DNA of 64,000 bases from Mobula hypostoma (Eukaryota): the NCBI RefSeq assembly GCF_963921235.1, contig NC_086097.1, forward strand, positions 125,118,001 through 125,182,000, given 5' to 3'. The translations under genes were made by a program, and so were the position numbers. Under the pieces are notes generated by a model. That model worked only from the letters and a program-made list of their open reading frames with translations, did no database searches and was not told the DNA's origin. Positions 1 through 12,959 of this stretch are shown here, in pieces; positions within the stretch are counted from its first letter, which is position 1; each line of letters begins with the position of its first letter.

Positions 1-379
1 TAATTCTTTTAAATGTACTTTTTCATTATTATTTGTACTTTTTATATTTGCCAAGTTTGTCTTCCTTTGCACATTAGTTGTTTGTCAGTCTTTGTGTGTA
101 GATTTTCGTCGATTCTGTTGTTTTTCTTTGTTCTGCTGTGAATGCCTGCAAGAAAATGGATCTCAGGGTAGTACTTAGACAGAAAATTTACCTGGAACTT
201 TGAACTTTGAACCCAGCCTCTGAACTATTTTTATGTGTGGTCCAGTTAAAGCTCTGGCACGGGTAACTCACAGGGAGCTACCTGTGACAACATTTGGTGG
301 TCTCAATGCCCATTACATAACTGAGTGGGGATCAGAGCCTCTTTAGATAGAGAAGATTCTTGAGTTATATTCATTTGAC

Positions 380-755
380 AAGATGACGTGATGGAGGTAT
401 ACAAAATGATAAGAGGCTTGGACCAAGTAGATAGCCAGAGACTTTTTCAGAGCGTGGAAGTGGCTAATACTAGGGGACAAGATGATTGTCAGGAAGTATG
501 GGGGGGGGGGGGTTCCAGTGGTAAGTTTTTTACATAGAGATTATTGAGTGCTTTGTACACACTGCCAGGGGTGGTGATGGAGGCAGGAACTTCGGGGGCA
601 TTTAAGAAACTCTTAGATAAATAGGCACATAGATGATAGAAAAATGGAGGGCTATATAGGAGAGAACTGTTAGATTAATCTTAGAGCAGGCTAAAATGTC
701 GGCACAACACCTTGAGCCAAAGGAGCTGAACTGTGCTGTTACGTTCTCTGTTCTA
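380..755 (+). mobile_element. CR1 LINE 3' fragment (degenerate)
   Basis: Decayed CR1 ORF2 C-terminus (EVYKMIRGLD...) followed by a CR1-type 3' UTR; reverse-complement-similar to 1928-2276. Confidence 0.75.
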
Positions 756-769
756 ACACATACTTGCTA

Positions 770-1298
770 CTCATCAGCCCTCAGCTGAATGTAATTATGC
801 TGCATATTTTGGGCCCCTTATCTAAGAAAGAATATCCTGGTGTTGGAGAGGGTCCAGAGGAGGTTCATGAGAATGATTTGGGAATGAAAGAGTTAATGTA
901 CAAGGAGAGCTTAATGGCTCTGAGCCTGTACTCACTGGAGTTTAGAAGAATGAGGGGGATCTCACCGAAACCTATCAAATATTTAAAAGCCTCAAGTGGA
1001 TGTGGAGAGGAACAGAGGGCACAGCCTCAGAATAGAACAGGAACATAAAGAGGAATTGCTTTAGCCAGGGAGAGGTGAATCTGTGGACTTCATCACCACA
1101 GATGGCAATGGAGGCTAAGTCATCAGGTATATTTAAAGTGGTGGTTGATAGGTTCTTGATAAGTAAGAATGTCAAAGGTTATGGGGAGAAGCCAGGAGAA
1201 TGGGATTGAGAGAGATAATAAGTCAGCCATGATGGAATGGCAAGGCAGACTCAATGAGCCGAATGGCCTAATTCTGCTCCGATATCTTATGGTCTTAA
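770..1298 (+). mobile_element. CR1 LINE 3' fragment (degenerate)
   Basis: ORF 764..1048 contains LYSLEFRRMRG; 3' UTR ends ...aattctgctccgatatcttatggtctta like other CR1 copies in the window. Confidence 0.8.
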
Positions 1299-2914
1299 GT
1301 TTGCAATATAGTTAATAGTTGTTAAACCAGCTCATCCAGCTGAGACATGTAAAACAGAATTATATAACTCCATTGCCTAACACAAAGGAATTTGCAGGCA
1401 GTCCATTCATGTAAAGATCTACTATCGTCTGATTTTTTTAAACGTTCACTCCATTAAACCCTTCACCCTTACTGGGACACAGGCTGCTGACAGCTGCTCA
1501 TCAGAGCTCCCTGGCCTGGGCCAGTCTCTCAGGTTGTCCCCAGGTGTAGCCCATCGTCTTGCTGTTTCCTTCCTCTCACAGGGTTGAGCTCTTCGGAGCT
1601 TCTGTTAGCGTTTCTGTAGCTCCGGCGTTTTAGGTGACATGGTTACCAGCCCCACACTGAACCCTCCTCCCTTCGCAACTGAGCTTTTGTGAGCAACTGA
1701 ACGGTGTTAGGGACTGTCCATGGTGGAGTTTTTTTAAAAACAAATTTTTAAACTGAACAAAAGTAATTGCAGTTGAAGGGACAATTTCCCATTTATTGAC
1801 ATAACACTGCTTAGTAGCGGAATATAAATAAAATGCACCCTTTAATAGTTCCTCCAATACAGTGTCATATCTATATTACCACAAACATTCCTGGAATTTA
1901 TCTCCTTTCCATACATTCACAGTTTATACATAGAACATAGAACGTTACAGCTCAGTACAGGCTGCTTGGACCACAATGTTGTTGTGAACTTTTAACCACC
2001 TCTAAGACCAATCTAACCCTTCCCCCCTAAGTAGCCCTCATTTTTCTTTCATCCTTGTGCCTATCTAAGAGTTTCTTAAATGCCCCTAATGTATCTGCCT
2101 CTACTACCACCCCTGGCAGAATGCTCCACGCACCCACCATTATCTGTGTTAAAAATTTACTAATGACATCCCCCTTGGACTTTCCTCCAAACACCTTAAA
2201 AATATGCCCCCTTGCATTAACCATTTCCACCCTAAGAAAAAGTCTCTGGCTATCCACTCAATCTACTGTATGCCTCTGTAATGCCCTAGGTAAAATTTCT
2301 ATTGCTATTCTGTGAGGTGTTTTTATTTTAGCAATTTTCTGTAGAAGCAGTGTGTCCAGCTAGTAAGAGTGTTTTGGCCTCGGCTAAAGATAAGGAGCTG
2401 TGTTGCCCAACTTAGGAATGTTGAGTCAGCCAATCAGGGCTGTCTCGGTACATGTTGAAACTTTCTGCCCAGTGGGACGCGAGAGAACATTCAAGAGGTT
2501 TCAGTTCTTTGAATGATAGTAGTCTGGTTTGCAGTCTTGTAGCAGGAGCTGCGGAGAGGAGCACGAGGGGAGATGCCCGCTGACCCCCGTTTGAAGGAGA
2601 GAACTTATTGTAAGAAGTGCTTTGTGCAGGTGAATGGTTCAGAGGAGGAAGTGCCAATACTCCTGAGTTAGTCGGTTCATTCGGGATCACCTTTGAGGGA
2701 AGTTCGAACTGTGACTGGTGTCTTACATGCAGAATGTAGGTTCAGTGCATCAGTACAGCAATACACTTGACTACTTCAGAAATGAGCTCCAACATTTATG
2801 TGCACATTGGACTGGTTTAACTTTAATGAGCCCTTTTAATTTTCTTTTCTTTTTCTGTAACTCTTTGTTAAAGTTGAAGATTTGGTAACTATACTTCCTT
2901 AGTAATTTTTTCTT

Positions 2915-3508
2915 TGTAAGTCCGTATTCCGGTTCACGGTCTGGTCCATAGTTCCTTATTCCAGGGTTTCTGGTTTTCCTCAGTTTCTGTTGTAGGCACA
3001 TGATTCTCGTTTTGGGGCTGAGACATAAATACCTCTGCAAACCAGGGATTCTCTGCTGGACTGTCTGTTCCCCTCCTTGTCTTTCCCCCCATTGCCTGAC
3101 CCTCTGCCTGAAGACCTCGCCTGACTCTCTGCCTGGAGACCTCGCCTGACTCTCTGCCTGGAGACCTAGCCTGACTCTCTGCCTGGATACTTCGCCTGAC
3201 TCTCTGCCTGCTCATCTAGCCTGGATACCCCGCCTGTATACCCTGCCTGTATCACTGAAGTTTTACTGCCGGAGCAAGACTGGAGCCTTGTTAGGTCAAG
3301 ATAAGGAACTGTCTTTCGTTGTGTGGAATTGTCTCTCTGTGTCCTCGCCTTCGCAAGGTGGGTCCAGCCGTTTGCTGCCACCTTGTGTTGGTATCCGTCT
3401 CTTCATGTTCAGTGTTCTGTGTATGAGTCCTGGCCCTACGTCCTGTTCCTAATACTTCAGTGTCTGTGTCTTGCATTTGGGTCCGTTCCCAACGTCCCCA
3501 TTGTGACA
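2915..3508. mobile_element. Second LTR-like element nested in 2277-3850
   Basis: tgtaag...gtgaca termini, pyrimidine-rich, with an internal 25-bp tandem array; no TSD discerned. Confidence 0.4.
3094..3210 (+). repeat. 25-bp minisatellite, about 4.7 copies (gcctgactctctgcctggagacctc)
   Basis: Units start at 3094, 3119, 3144, 3169 and 3194. Confidence 0.95.
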
Positions 3509-3697
3509 ATGTTGGTGATTTTTTTTGCAAGCAATAACTTTGCATGAGGCAGTATTTACACAGCATTCACTACAATTCACATCCATCTCCAGAACATTCC
3601 AATTTTTCTGTTTGGTTGAACCCAAATCATGCTAACCCCTGATGTGTGTTGCTTATGGCAGGTGGCCTTCTCACCGTCGAGTCACGTGACTGTTAGC

Positions 3698-3801
3698 AGA
3701 GCAACACATATCACAAGTTGCTGCCTGGCCTGCTGCGTTCACCAGCAACTTTGATGTGTGTTGCTTGAATTTCCAGCATCTGCAGAATTCCTCGTGTTTG
3801 C
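3698..3801 (+). mobile_element. Penelope terminal-repeat fragment with a short inverted 5' piece
   Basis: Matches the 34305-34390 PLE end; gcaacacatatcacaagttgctg is inverted against cagcaactttgatgtgtgttgc; imperfect direct repeat actgttagc/actgtttagc on the flanks. Confidence 0.7.
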
Positions 3802-4264
3802 ACTGTTTAGCTAACACCAAGTTTGTATACGAACCCCTGAGAGGATTACACCTCTGTCAAATCATCTCTCACCCTCCATGGCTACAAAGAGAAAAGCTCC
3901 CACTTGCTCAAGGCATGATCTCTAATCCTGGCAACACCCTGGAAATTTTTCTCTGTACCCTCTCTAAAGCTTCCACATTCTTCTTAAAGTGAGATGACCA
4001 GAACTGAACACAATATTCCAAGTGCAGTCTAACCAGAGTTTTTATAGAGCAGCAACAATTATCTTGCGGCTCTTGAATTCAATCCCCCCAACTAATGATG
4101 GCCAACACACCTTACACCTTCATAACAAACCTATCAACTTGCATAGCACATTTGAGAGATCTATGGATGTGTTCCCCAAGGTCCCTCCATTCCTCCATAC
4201 TGCTAGGAATGGCAACAAAGGAACATTTAACCCTTCCATTGTTGACTTTTGCCAATATGTTATT

Positions 4265-7200
4265 TAGACCATAAGATATTGGAACAGAATTAGGCCATTT
4301 GGCCCATTGAGTCTGCACTGTCATTTTATCATTGCTGATCCATTTTCCCTCTCAGCCCCAATCTCCTGCCTTCTCCCCATGTACGTTTGTGCCCTGAATG
4401 ATCAAAAATCTATCATCCTCTGCCTTAAATATACATACAGACTTGGCCTCCACAGCTGCCTGTGGCTAAGAATTCCATAGATTCACCACTCTCTGTCTAA
4501 AGAAATTCCTCCTCACCTCTATTCTAAGAGAATGCCCCTCTATTCTGAGGCTGTGTTCTCTGGTCTTAGACTCTCCCACCCCAGGAAACATCCTCATTCA
4601 CTCTATCAAGGCCTTTCATCATTCGACAGGTTTCAATGGGTCAACCCTCATTCTTCTGAACTCCAGTGAGTTCAGGCCCAGAGTCCTCAAATGCTTTTCA
4701 TATGACAAACCTTTCAATCCTGGAATCATTTTTGTGAATCTCCTTTGAATCCTCTCCAATGTCAGCTCATCCTTTCCTAGATAAGGGGCCCAAAACTGCT
4801 CACAATACTCTAAATGAGGCCCCACAATTGCCTTATAGAGCCTCAACATTATACCCTTGCCTTTATATTCTAGTCCTCTTGAAATGAAAACTAACATTAC
4901 ATTTGCTTTCCTCACTGCCGACTTAACTGGCAAATTAACCTTTATGGAATCCTGCACAAGGACTCTCAAGTCCCTTTGCATCTCAGATTTTTGAATTCTC
5001 TCTCCATTTAGAAAATAGTCTACTCTTTTATTTCTTCTACCGAAGTGCATGACCATACACTTTCTGACACTGTATTCCATCTACCACTGCTTCACCCATT
5101 CTCCTAATCTAAATACTTCTGTAGCCTCTCTACTTCCTCAAAATTATCTGCCCCTCCACCTATCTTTGTTTCGTCTACAAACTTGGCCACAAAGCCATCA
5201 ATTCAGTCATCCAAGTCATTGACATATAATGTAAAAAGAATTGGTCCCAACACTGACCCCTGTGGAACACAACTAGTCACCAGTAGCCAAACAGAAAAGG
5301 CTCCCTTAATTCCCACTCTTTGCCTGCTGCCAATCAGCCACTGCTTTATCCATGCTGGAATCTTTCTTGTAATACCATGGGCTCTTAACTTGTTAAGCAG
5401 CCTCATGTGTGGTACCTTGTCAAAGGCCTTCTGAAAATACAAGTATACAACATCCACAGATTCTCTTTTGTCTATTCTGCTTGTTATTTCTTCAAAGAAT
5501 TCCAACAGACTTTTTAGGGAAGATTTTCCCTTAAGGAAACTACGCTGACTAGAGCCTATTTTATCACGTGCCTCCAAGTTACTCCAAAACCATATCTTTA
5601 AAAATGAACATCTTCCCAATCACTGAGGTCAGACTAACTGGCTTATAATTTCCTTTCTTCTGCCTCACTCCCTTCTTGAAGAGTGTAGTAACATTTGCAA
5701 TTTTCCATTCCTCTAGAATCATGCCAGAATCAACTGATTCTTGAAAGATCATTACTAATGGCTCCACAATCTCTTCAGCTACCTCCTTCAGTACCCTGGT
5801 GTGTACACCATCTGATCCAGGTGAATTATCTACCTTCTTTCCTTTCATTTCCCAAGAACCTTCTCCTTAGTAATGGCACCTTCACACACTTCTGCCTCCT
5901 GACACTCTTGAACTTCCAGCATATTGCTAGTCTCTTCCACAGTGAAGATTTACGCAAAATACTTGTTTGTCCACCATTTCCTTGTCCCCCATTACTATCT
6001 CTCCAGCATCATTTTCCAGTAGTGCGATATACACTTTCATCTCTCTTTTAAACTTTATGTATCTGAAGAAACTTTAGGTATCCTCTTTAATATTATCAGC
6101 TAGCTTACCTTCGTAATCCATCTTCTCCTTCTTAATGACTTTTTTAGTTGCTTTACGTTGGTTTTTAAAAGTTTCCCAATCCTCCAACTTCCCATTAATT
6201 TTTGGTCTAATATATGCCTTCTCTTTGGCTTATATGTTGGCTTTGACTTCTCTTGATATTCACGGTTGTGTCACCTTGTCTTTAGAATACTTCTTCCTCT
6301 TTGGGATGTATACGTTTCCAGATATTCCAGCTATTGTTGCTCTACCATCATCCCTGCCAGTGTTCTTTTCCAATATGTTTTGACCATTTCCTCTCTCATG
6401 CTTCTGTAATTCCCTTTTACTCCATTGTAATACTGATACATCTGACTTTAGCTTCTCCTCCTTAAATTGCAGGGTGAATTCTTACATGTTATTATCACTT
6501 CCCCTAAGGGCTCCTTTACCTTAAGCTCTCTAGTCAATTCTGGTTCATTTCACAACACCCAGTCCAGAATAGCTGATCCTCTAGTGCACTCAACCATTGT
6601 TGTTCTAAAACCCATCTCATAGACATTCTAGTAATTACCCCTCTTGGGATCTATCACCAACCTGATTTTCTCAATCTACCTGCATATTGAAATCCCCCAT
6701 GACTATTGTAACATTGCCCTTTCAGCATGAATTTTCTATCTTCCATTATAATTTGTAGGCCACATCCTTACTACAGTTTGGGGATCTGTATACAAATCCC
6801 ATCAGGGTCTTTTTATCCTTGCATTTCCTTAGCTCTACCCACAATGGCTCAACACCTTCCAACCCTACTGTATGTCACCTCTTCCTCATTATTTGATTTC
6901 ATTTTTCACCAACAAAGCCATATCTCCCCCTCTGCCTACTTGTGTGTCCTTTCGATATAATGTGTATCCTTAGATGTTAAGCTCCCGGCTGTAATATTCT
7001 TTAAGCCACTGTTGAATGATACCCACAATGCCAATCTGTAACTGTGCTATGAGTTCATCTACCTTATTCCGTATACTGTGCGCATTCAAATATTCAGTCC
7101 TGTATTCACCCTTTTTGATTTTGCCTGCCTTTTACATTGAAACTCATCCTGCTGACTGCCTTCCCCAAAAAGACATCCCAATGATCCATAAATCTGAAAC

Positions 7201-7620
7201 CCTGCCCCCCACACCAGTTCCTCAGTCTCAAATTCACCTGACAAATCAGCTTTTTTAACTCTCACTGGCATGTGGCATGGGCAGTGATCCAGAGATTACT
7301 ACCCTGGAGGTCCTGTTTCTCAGCTTTCTATTTTCAGCTTTCTACCTCGCTCCCTAAAATCTCTCTTCAGGACCTCCTCACTTTGTCTACCTATGTTTTT
7401 GGTTCCAATAAGTACAAAGACTTCTCACTCTTGAGAATGCCATGGACCCGATCCAAGACAACCCTGGCCCTGGCACTTGGGAGCAACATACCTTCCGCAT
7501 GTCTGGATCGCAGCTACAGAATCTCATCTCTGTTCCTCTGATTATGGAACCTCCTATCACCATTGCAGTCCCCTTTACCTCCCTCCTGAGCCACAGCACC
7601 AGACTCAGTGCCAGAAACTC
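4265..7620 (-). mobile_element. Long degenerate CR1 LINE (ORF1 esterase remnant, endonuclease region, RT, 3' UTR)
   Basis: ORFs show [36 protein letters not shown] and HLEYCEQFWAPY. ORF 7387..7830 has VIGGSIIRGTEMRFC, a degenerate GDS motif of the CR1 ORF1 SGNH esterase. Multiple stops and frameshifts. Confidence 0.9.
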
Positions 7621-7754
7621 GGTCACTGCATTTCCACCCCCAACCCCCACGTAGCTCCTATCTATCACCTCCTCATTTTCCAGTATGAGCCAAAGGTCAA
7701 CAAGCTTATGGACAATTATTTTGATTTTAGCTTTGAGTGCACCGCTAGGAGGGA

Positions 7755-8085
7755 TTAGAAGGACATCTTCAAGAGGAGGTGCTTCAAGAAGGTGACATTC
7801 GTTATTAAGGACCCTCACCATTTGGGACATGCCCTTTTCTCATTATCAGGGAGGAGATACAGGAGCCTGAAGGCACACATTCAATAATTTTGGAACAGTT
7901 CCTTCCCTCCACCATCAGATTTCTGAATGGTCTATGAACACTATCTCACTATTCCTCTTCTTCTTGCACTAATTATTTATTTTGTAGTTTGTAGTTATTT
8001 TTGACTTTGCATTGTGTTGCTGCCACATAACAGCAGATTTTATGTTAATGTAAGACAGTGATGGTAAATGTGATTCTGATTTTGA
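7755..8085 (+). mobile_element. Rex1/Babar-like LINE 3' remnant
   Basis: Decayed KDPHHLGHALFS...GRRYRSL motif, also seen at 18420-18560 and 51960-52130; tail ends in gattct-like repeats. Confidence 0.6.
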
Positions 8086-8267
8086 TTTAATCTATATCCG
8101 TATTTCTAATTTTATTTTTATATAATTCCTTATTTTGTATGAAACCCCCTGGTTTCCTTGGCTGCGTAAGTCTAGGGAAGACACACACAGGTCCCGCCAA
8201 ACTTGGGAGGTTACACGTTGTTATTTTTTGTTGCACATAGTGCCAGCTTACCACAGCAGACTCCCAA

Positions 8268-8800
8268 TACACTTAATGTACACTGTGTATTCTTGCATGT
8301 TCATGGTCTACTATGGCTGTGGCCCAGCCGCTTCAAGATTCAAAGTGTTATGCATTCAGAGATGTTCATCTGCAAACCACCGTTGTAACATGTGGTTATT
8401 TGTCACCTTCCAGTCAGCTTGAACAAGTCTGGCCATTCTCCTTTGTCCTCTCTCTTTTACAAGGCATGTTTGTCCACAGAACTGCTGCTCTTTTGCTTTT
8501 CGTATCTTGCATCGTTTGCTGTAAACCCTAGAGACTGTTGTGTGTGAAAATCCCAGGAGATCAGCAGTTTCAGAGATACTCAAATCACCCCATCTGGCAC
8601 CAACAATCATTTCATGGTCGAAGTCACTTAGATCACATGTTTTCCCCATTCTGATGTTTGGTCTGAACCACAACTGAATGTCTTGACCATGTTTGCATGT
8701 TTTTATGCATTGAGTTGTTGCCACATGATTGACTAATTAGATATTTGCATTAATGAATCCTTCTACAGGTATACCTAATAAAATGGTCACTGAATGTACA
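8268..8800 (-). mobile_element. Internally deleted Tc1 DNA transposon
   Basis: ORF 8356..8724 (LSDFDHEMIVGAR...SISETADLLGFSHTTVSRVY) is the Tc1 transposase N-terminal HTH; TIR-like tacctaataaaatggtcactgaatg followed by TA near 8796. Confidence 0.85.
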
Positions 8801-9607
8801 TGGTGAATAAAGTTGATCCTTTCCTTATTTATTTCTGATTCAGAAAATGCAGGAAATACTCAACGGGCCAGGCAGTGCCAGTGCGAAGAGAAGTAAAATT
8901 AACATTTCTGTTCACAGACCCTACTAAAATATTGTTTGACCTGTTGGACATATGTCAAAGCTTAGTTATCAGCAATGTAGTGCACAGACAAGAAGCATAA
9001 TGTGGTTCTAAATGCCATACAAAGTTCAAAGTTCAAAGTAATTTATTATCAAAGTATGTATATGTCACTATATACAACCTTGAGATTCATTTTCTTGCAG
9101 GCATTCACAATAGAACAAAGAAACATAATAGAATCAATTAAAAAACTACACACAAAGACTGATAAACAACCAATTTGCAAAAGAAAACGAAGTGTGCAAA
9201 TACAAAAGTAAACAATAAGTAAATAGATAAATAATGCTGAGATTTTGGCTCATACTATCAGATATTCATTCAACGCAAACCTCTCCGACCTCTCTGCTCC
9301 TGAAAACTAAATTTTTAGTGATGAAGGGTCCTGGCCCTGAGCCATAACTGTTTCTCTTTCCACAGATACTGCCTGAACTGTTGAGTGCTCCCAGCATTTT
9401 CACTTTTTGTTTCAGATTTCCAGCATCTGCAGCATTGATTGATTTTCAACAACCTTAAAGAAATTGATTTACATTTCACTTCTCCCTCTGCCTATAGACG
9501 TGATTAATAATCAGAGGTCTTAAGGTGGATGAACAGTTTTTGAGTTTAAGGGAAGCATGAACATTCATTTACGTTTGTACTTCTGATTCACTGAACAAAT
9601 ACATATA

Positions 9608-10325
9608 CAGTGTATTCCAGATAATCGAGGCAGCTGCTTATTTGGGACAACACTTAAACTAATCGAGGAGATAGATGGGACTCTGTTCCTTTATTTGGGA
9701 CACTGTGCCAATTAATTGGGACAGGAGACTGTTGCAGAACTGTTTCCATCTAGCATCAGTCACGTGCGTCTGTGTGGCCATTTGGCACTAACCATGCTTA
9801 AAGTGAAAAGTTTTTAAATAGCCTCAGTTGTGTGTGCTTATGTTCAAAAAGCAGTGATTTTTGTCACTGATAGTTGGCAAGAAATATGCAGAAAGGCAAT
9901 TCAGAACTGTTCTGCTCACTGAGGTTTCAAGCCTTCAGGCTTGGAGATGCCAGAAACGGCCAGGAGTGAGAATTTGAAGATATCCCACAATCATCTTGAA
10001 TGTCACAATGAAAATCTGGAGGCTGGAATTGTTGAAAGCTCATTATCTGTACTAGGTGTCTGTGTTGATTTTGTTCATTTACTGTCAATCAAAGGAACGT
10101 GGCAATGAACACTGTGTAACCATCAGGAACTAATACAGAGTTTTGTAGCACTGTAATAGTATTGGTAGGATTCAAATATGTTCTATATTTCATTTAGAAT
10201 ACTTAATTTGTTACTCAGTTAAATGGTAGATTGAGTTTTTTATACCTTTTTAACTATTTCGACTGATTGGGGCAGCCACTTACTTGGCCCAAAAGGTACT
10301 GGTCCCAATATGTTAAGTGGGAGGA
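9608..10325. mobile_element. Tigger/pogo-like non-autonomous DNA transposon (related pieces at ~36880-37015, ~39210-39500, ~43588-44120)
   Basis: TA followed by the terminus cagtgtattccagataat; internal sequence shared among copies (aggcttggagatgccagaaa, aaaagcagtgatttttgt); terminus tagtggattctggttaattgggac at 43588 is complementary to ...ccaattaaccagaatccactg at ~39499. Confidence 0.55.
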
Positions 10326-10629
10326 AACGGGAGCACCTGACAGGTATAGATAAGGTAAATGCACCAGACCCACAATCAGAATCAGGTTTATTATCACCGG
10401 AATATGTCATGAAATTTGCTGTGCTGCAGCAGTACAGCACAATAAAGAAAGCTAAAAATACAATTAGAAACATAAATATAAATTTAAAAAGTAGTGCAAA
10501 AAGAGAGAGAGAAAACAGTGAGGTAATGTACATGGGTCCATTGTCCATTCAGGAATCTGATGGCAGAGGGGAAGAATTTGTTCCTAAAATACTGAGTGTG
10601 CGTCTTCAGGTTCCTGGCCCTCCTCTCTG

Positions 10630-10945
10630 GTGGTAGCTTTCCCCTCATTTTTGGGTGAGACAAGAACCAGAGGTCGCAGGTTTAAGGTTAAAGGTGAAAT
10701 ATTTAAGGAGAATATGAAGGGGAATTTCTTAACTCACAGGGTGGTGCAAGTGTGGAACAAGCTGCCGGCAGAAGTGGTCACTCGTAACCTTTAAGATGAG
10801 TTTGGATAGATACATGGATGGGAGGGGCTTGGAGAGATGTGGTCTGGGCACATGTGGATGGGTCTAGGCTGAAGATTGGGTCAGTATGGACTATATGGGC
10901 CGAATGGCCTGCTTCTGTGCTGTAGTACTCTGACTCTATGGCTCT
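10630..10945 (+). mobile_element. CR1 3' fragment
   Basis: Decayed TRGRRFKVKG...FLTHRVVQVWNKLP plus 3' UTR. Confidence 0.7.
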
Positions 10946-10989
10946 ATAACTGGTGCCGTGACCAAAAGCTAAATCCTGCAACTGAAACA

Positions 10990-11405
10990 GTGCACTTCAG
11001 GTTATTTGAGTTACTGTCCCCTTCCTTTCAGATTGAACCAAATTAGGCCATGCTCTTCTTACTTCTCTCATTAACAAGGCATTTTTGTTCACAGAACTCC
11101 CACTCACTGGATGTTGATGTTTTTGACACCGTTCTCTGTAAATTCTAGAGATTGTTGTGGGTGAAAATCCCCAGAGATCAGCAGTTTCTGTGATACTCAG
11201 ACCACCCCGTCTGGCACGAACAATCATTCCACAGTCAAAGTCACTTCGATCATATTCTTCCTCATTCTGATGTTTGTTCTGAGCAACAACTGAACCTCTT
11301 GACCTTGTCTGCATGCTTTTATGCACTGAGTTCCTGCCACATGATTGACTGATTAGATATTTGCATTAATGAGCAGGTGTACACTGAGTGGGCACTGAGC
11401 ATATG
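10990..11405 (-). mobile_element. Tc1 remnant
   Basis: ORF 10997..11326 has SDFDCGMIVRARRGGLSITETADLWGFS. Confidence 0.8.
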
Positions 11406-12959
11406 TACATCAGACTTTTGAACTTGTATGTAGGAGTGTTCATAAATTAACCTTGGGCAGCCTGTACATTCATGTTTGGCAAGATTAGCACTGTATGTCT
11501 GATTCGAGCAGTCAAATTCATTCATTACCCATATGATATATTTAGGCATTGGCTTTCAAGGCTCTCTGAAATTCTAGTTCCTACAAAGACAAAGGACATC
11601 GGAAAACAGGGGCTGTTACAGCCCTGTGTGGCCCTCGGCTCTCACAGACAACACAGGAACATTCCTGTTTCCATTGAGCCATATGGGTTCAAGTCATCTC
11701 CCAATCAGGATCGGGCTGATGCTGCGAAACATCTCAGGAATTTGCAGAAAAGCATTTAGGCACAAGTCCATACAAAATACCCAAGTCTTTACTGAGCTGA
11801 GGAAAGACACTCTTTACCCATAAAGAAAACTATTGCAAAACTGATAACTGCAGCCTTTACTCACTGTGATGGCAATTAGGACAGTTTTGGAAAGTTAAAC
11901 CTCAAACAACCGTGCAACGTTTAACCACTATGACTACCTAAGTAAAGATGAGTGCTTTCAATTTAAATCCATTCACTCTAATTACAGACTCCCTGCCCTG
12001 AGAGAAATACCATGACCCTTCAACTTATCTGTGTCCCTCTTGGTCATATAAACCTGTAAGATTACAAACACGAGAAAGTCTCCTGTTGCTGGAAGTCCTG
12101 AGCAACACACACAAAACGCTGGAGGAACTCAGCAGGTCAGGCAGCATCTATAGGAAAGAATACATAGTCGACATTTTGGGCCGAGATGACAACACCAAGG
12201 AATTTAAAGTTACTGACCCCCTCAACCGATGATCTCCTAATGCGGACCGGTTTATGGATCTTAGGTCAAGAGACAGGTGCTGGATGAAGCAATTGATAGT
12301 TATAGTCTATTTATTGGACACATTGCTAGAGGCATGCACAAATCACTTGCCCAACTTGAAAACTCTGGCAAATCTGAACAGGGGCCTCAGACCACATGGC
12401 AATAAATTAGATGAGTTGTCACTTTTTGTCTGGGTATTTGCTGCTGCAAAAGAAAACTTAGTTTCAAGCCAATTAATCTGAAAGATTGTTTATGATTGAT
12501 GTCTAGACTTGAAACACCTGCATAATATTCAATTGCCTCCTAATGACTAAATGGCTCCTGATTCAATTTCATTATCACTCAAAGAAGAACTCAAATTAAA
12601 AAAGGTAGGCGATTTGAGGAATCTCATCCTAGAAAGAAGAAATATTTACTTGTGAAATCCAATATCATTCACCTGGAGTTGAGGCTCCAGCTGAAATCTG
12701 CTGGAAAGGCCTTTGAAAATCTGTAACTGTCATTGATAACAATCACCAGCTCTTTACAGATCGTATGTGGAATGATGGTCTTCACCACGCAAAGTCTTCT
12801 AATTTTCTATTTTAAAAATCATTAAAGCTCATGTCTACTGTACTGTGCAAAGGTCTTAATCATGCTTGTATAGTTACTAATTTTATGCACTGCTGCAAAA
12901 ATAAACACAAACTTCATGACATATGTGGGTGATGAATATCTGTTATTTGTCAAGTAGGA

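Larger units (their letters stand above)
2277..3850. mobile_element. Solo-LTR-like element (TG...CA, 4-bp TSD) carrying nested insertions
   Basis: Begins tgtaatgcc at 2277 and ends ggattaca at 3850 (short inverted termini). Flanked by CCTC at 2273-2276 and 3851-3854. Interrupts a CR1 and is non-coding. Confidence 0.65.
1928..4200 (-). mobile_element. CR1 3' fragment split by the LTR-like element (pieces 1928-2276 and 3851-~4200)
   Basis: ORF 2027..2257 (ARGHIFKV...GAFKKLLDRH) is a CR1 ORF2 C-terminus; CR1 sequence resumes at 3851 (minus strand encodes HLEYCVQFWSSH). Confidence 0.75.

Noticed and set aside
3094..3210. CRISPR-like array
   Set aside because: Head-to-tail units with no unique spacers, no cas genes, and a vertebrate context. 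The same applies to 29604-29756.
12670..12725. Possible small minus-strand exon (ttacag|...ccag|gtgaat)
   Set aside because: Weak polypyrimidine tract and no recognisable peptide.
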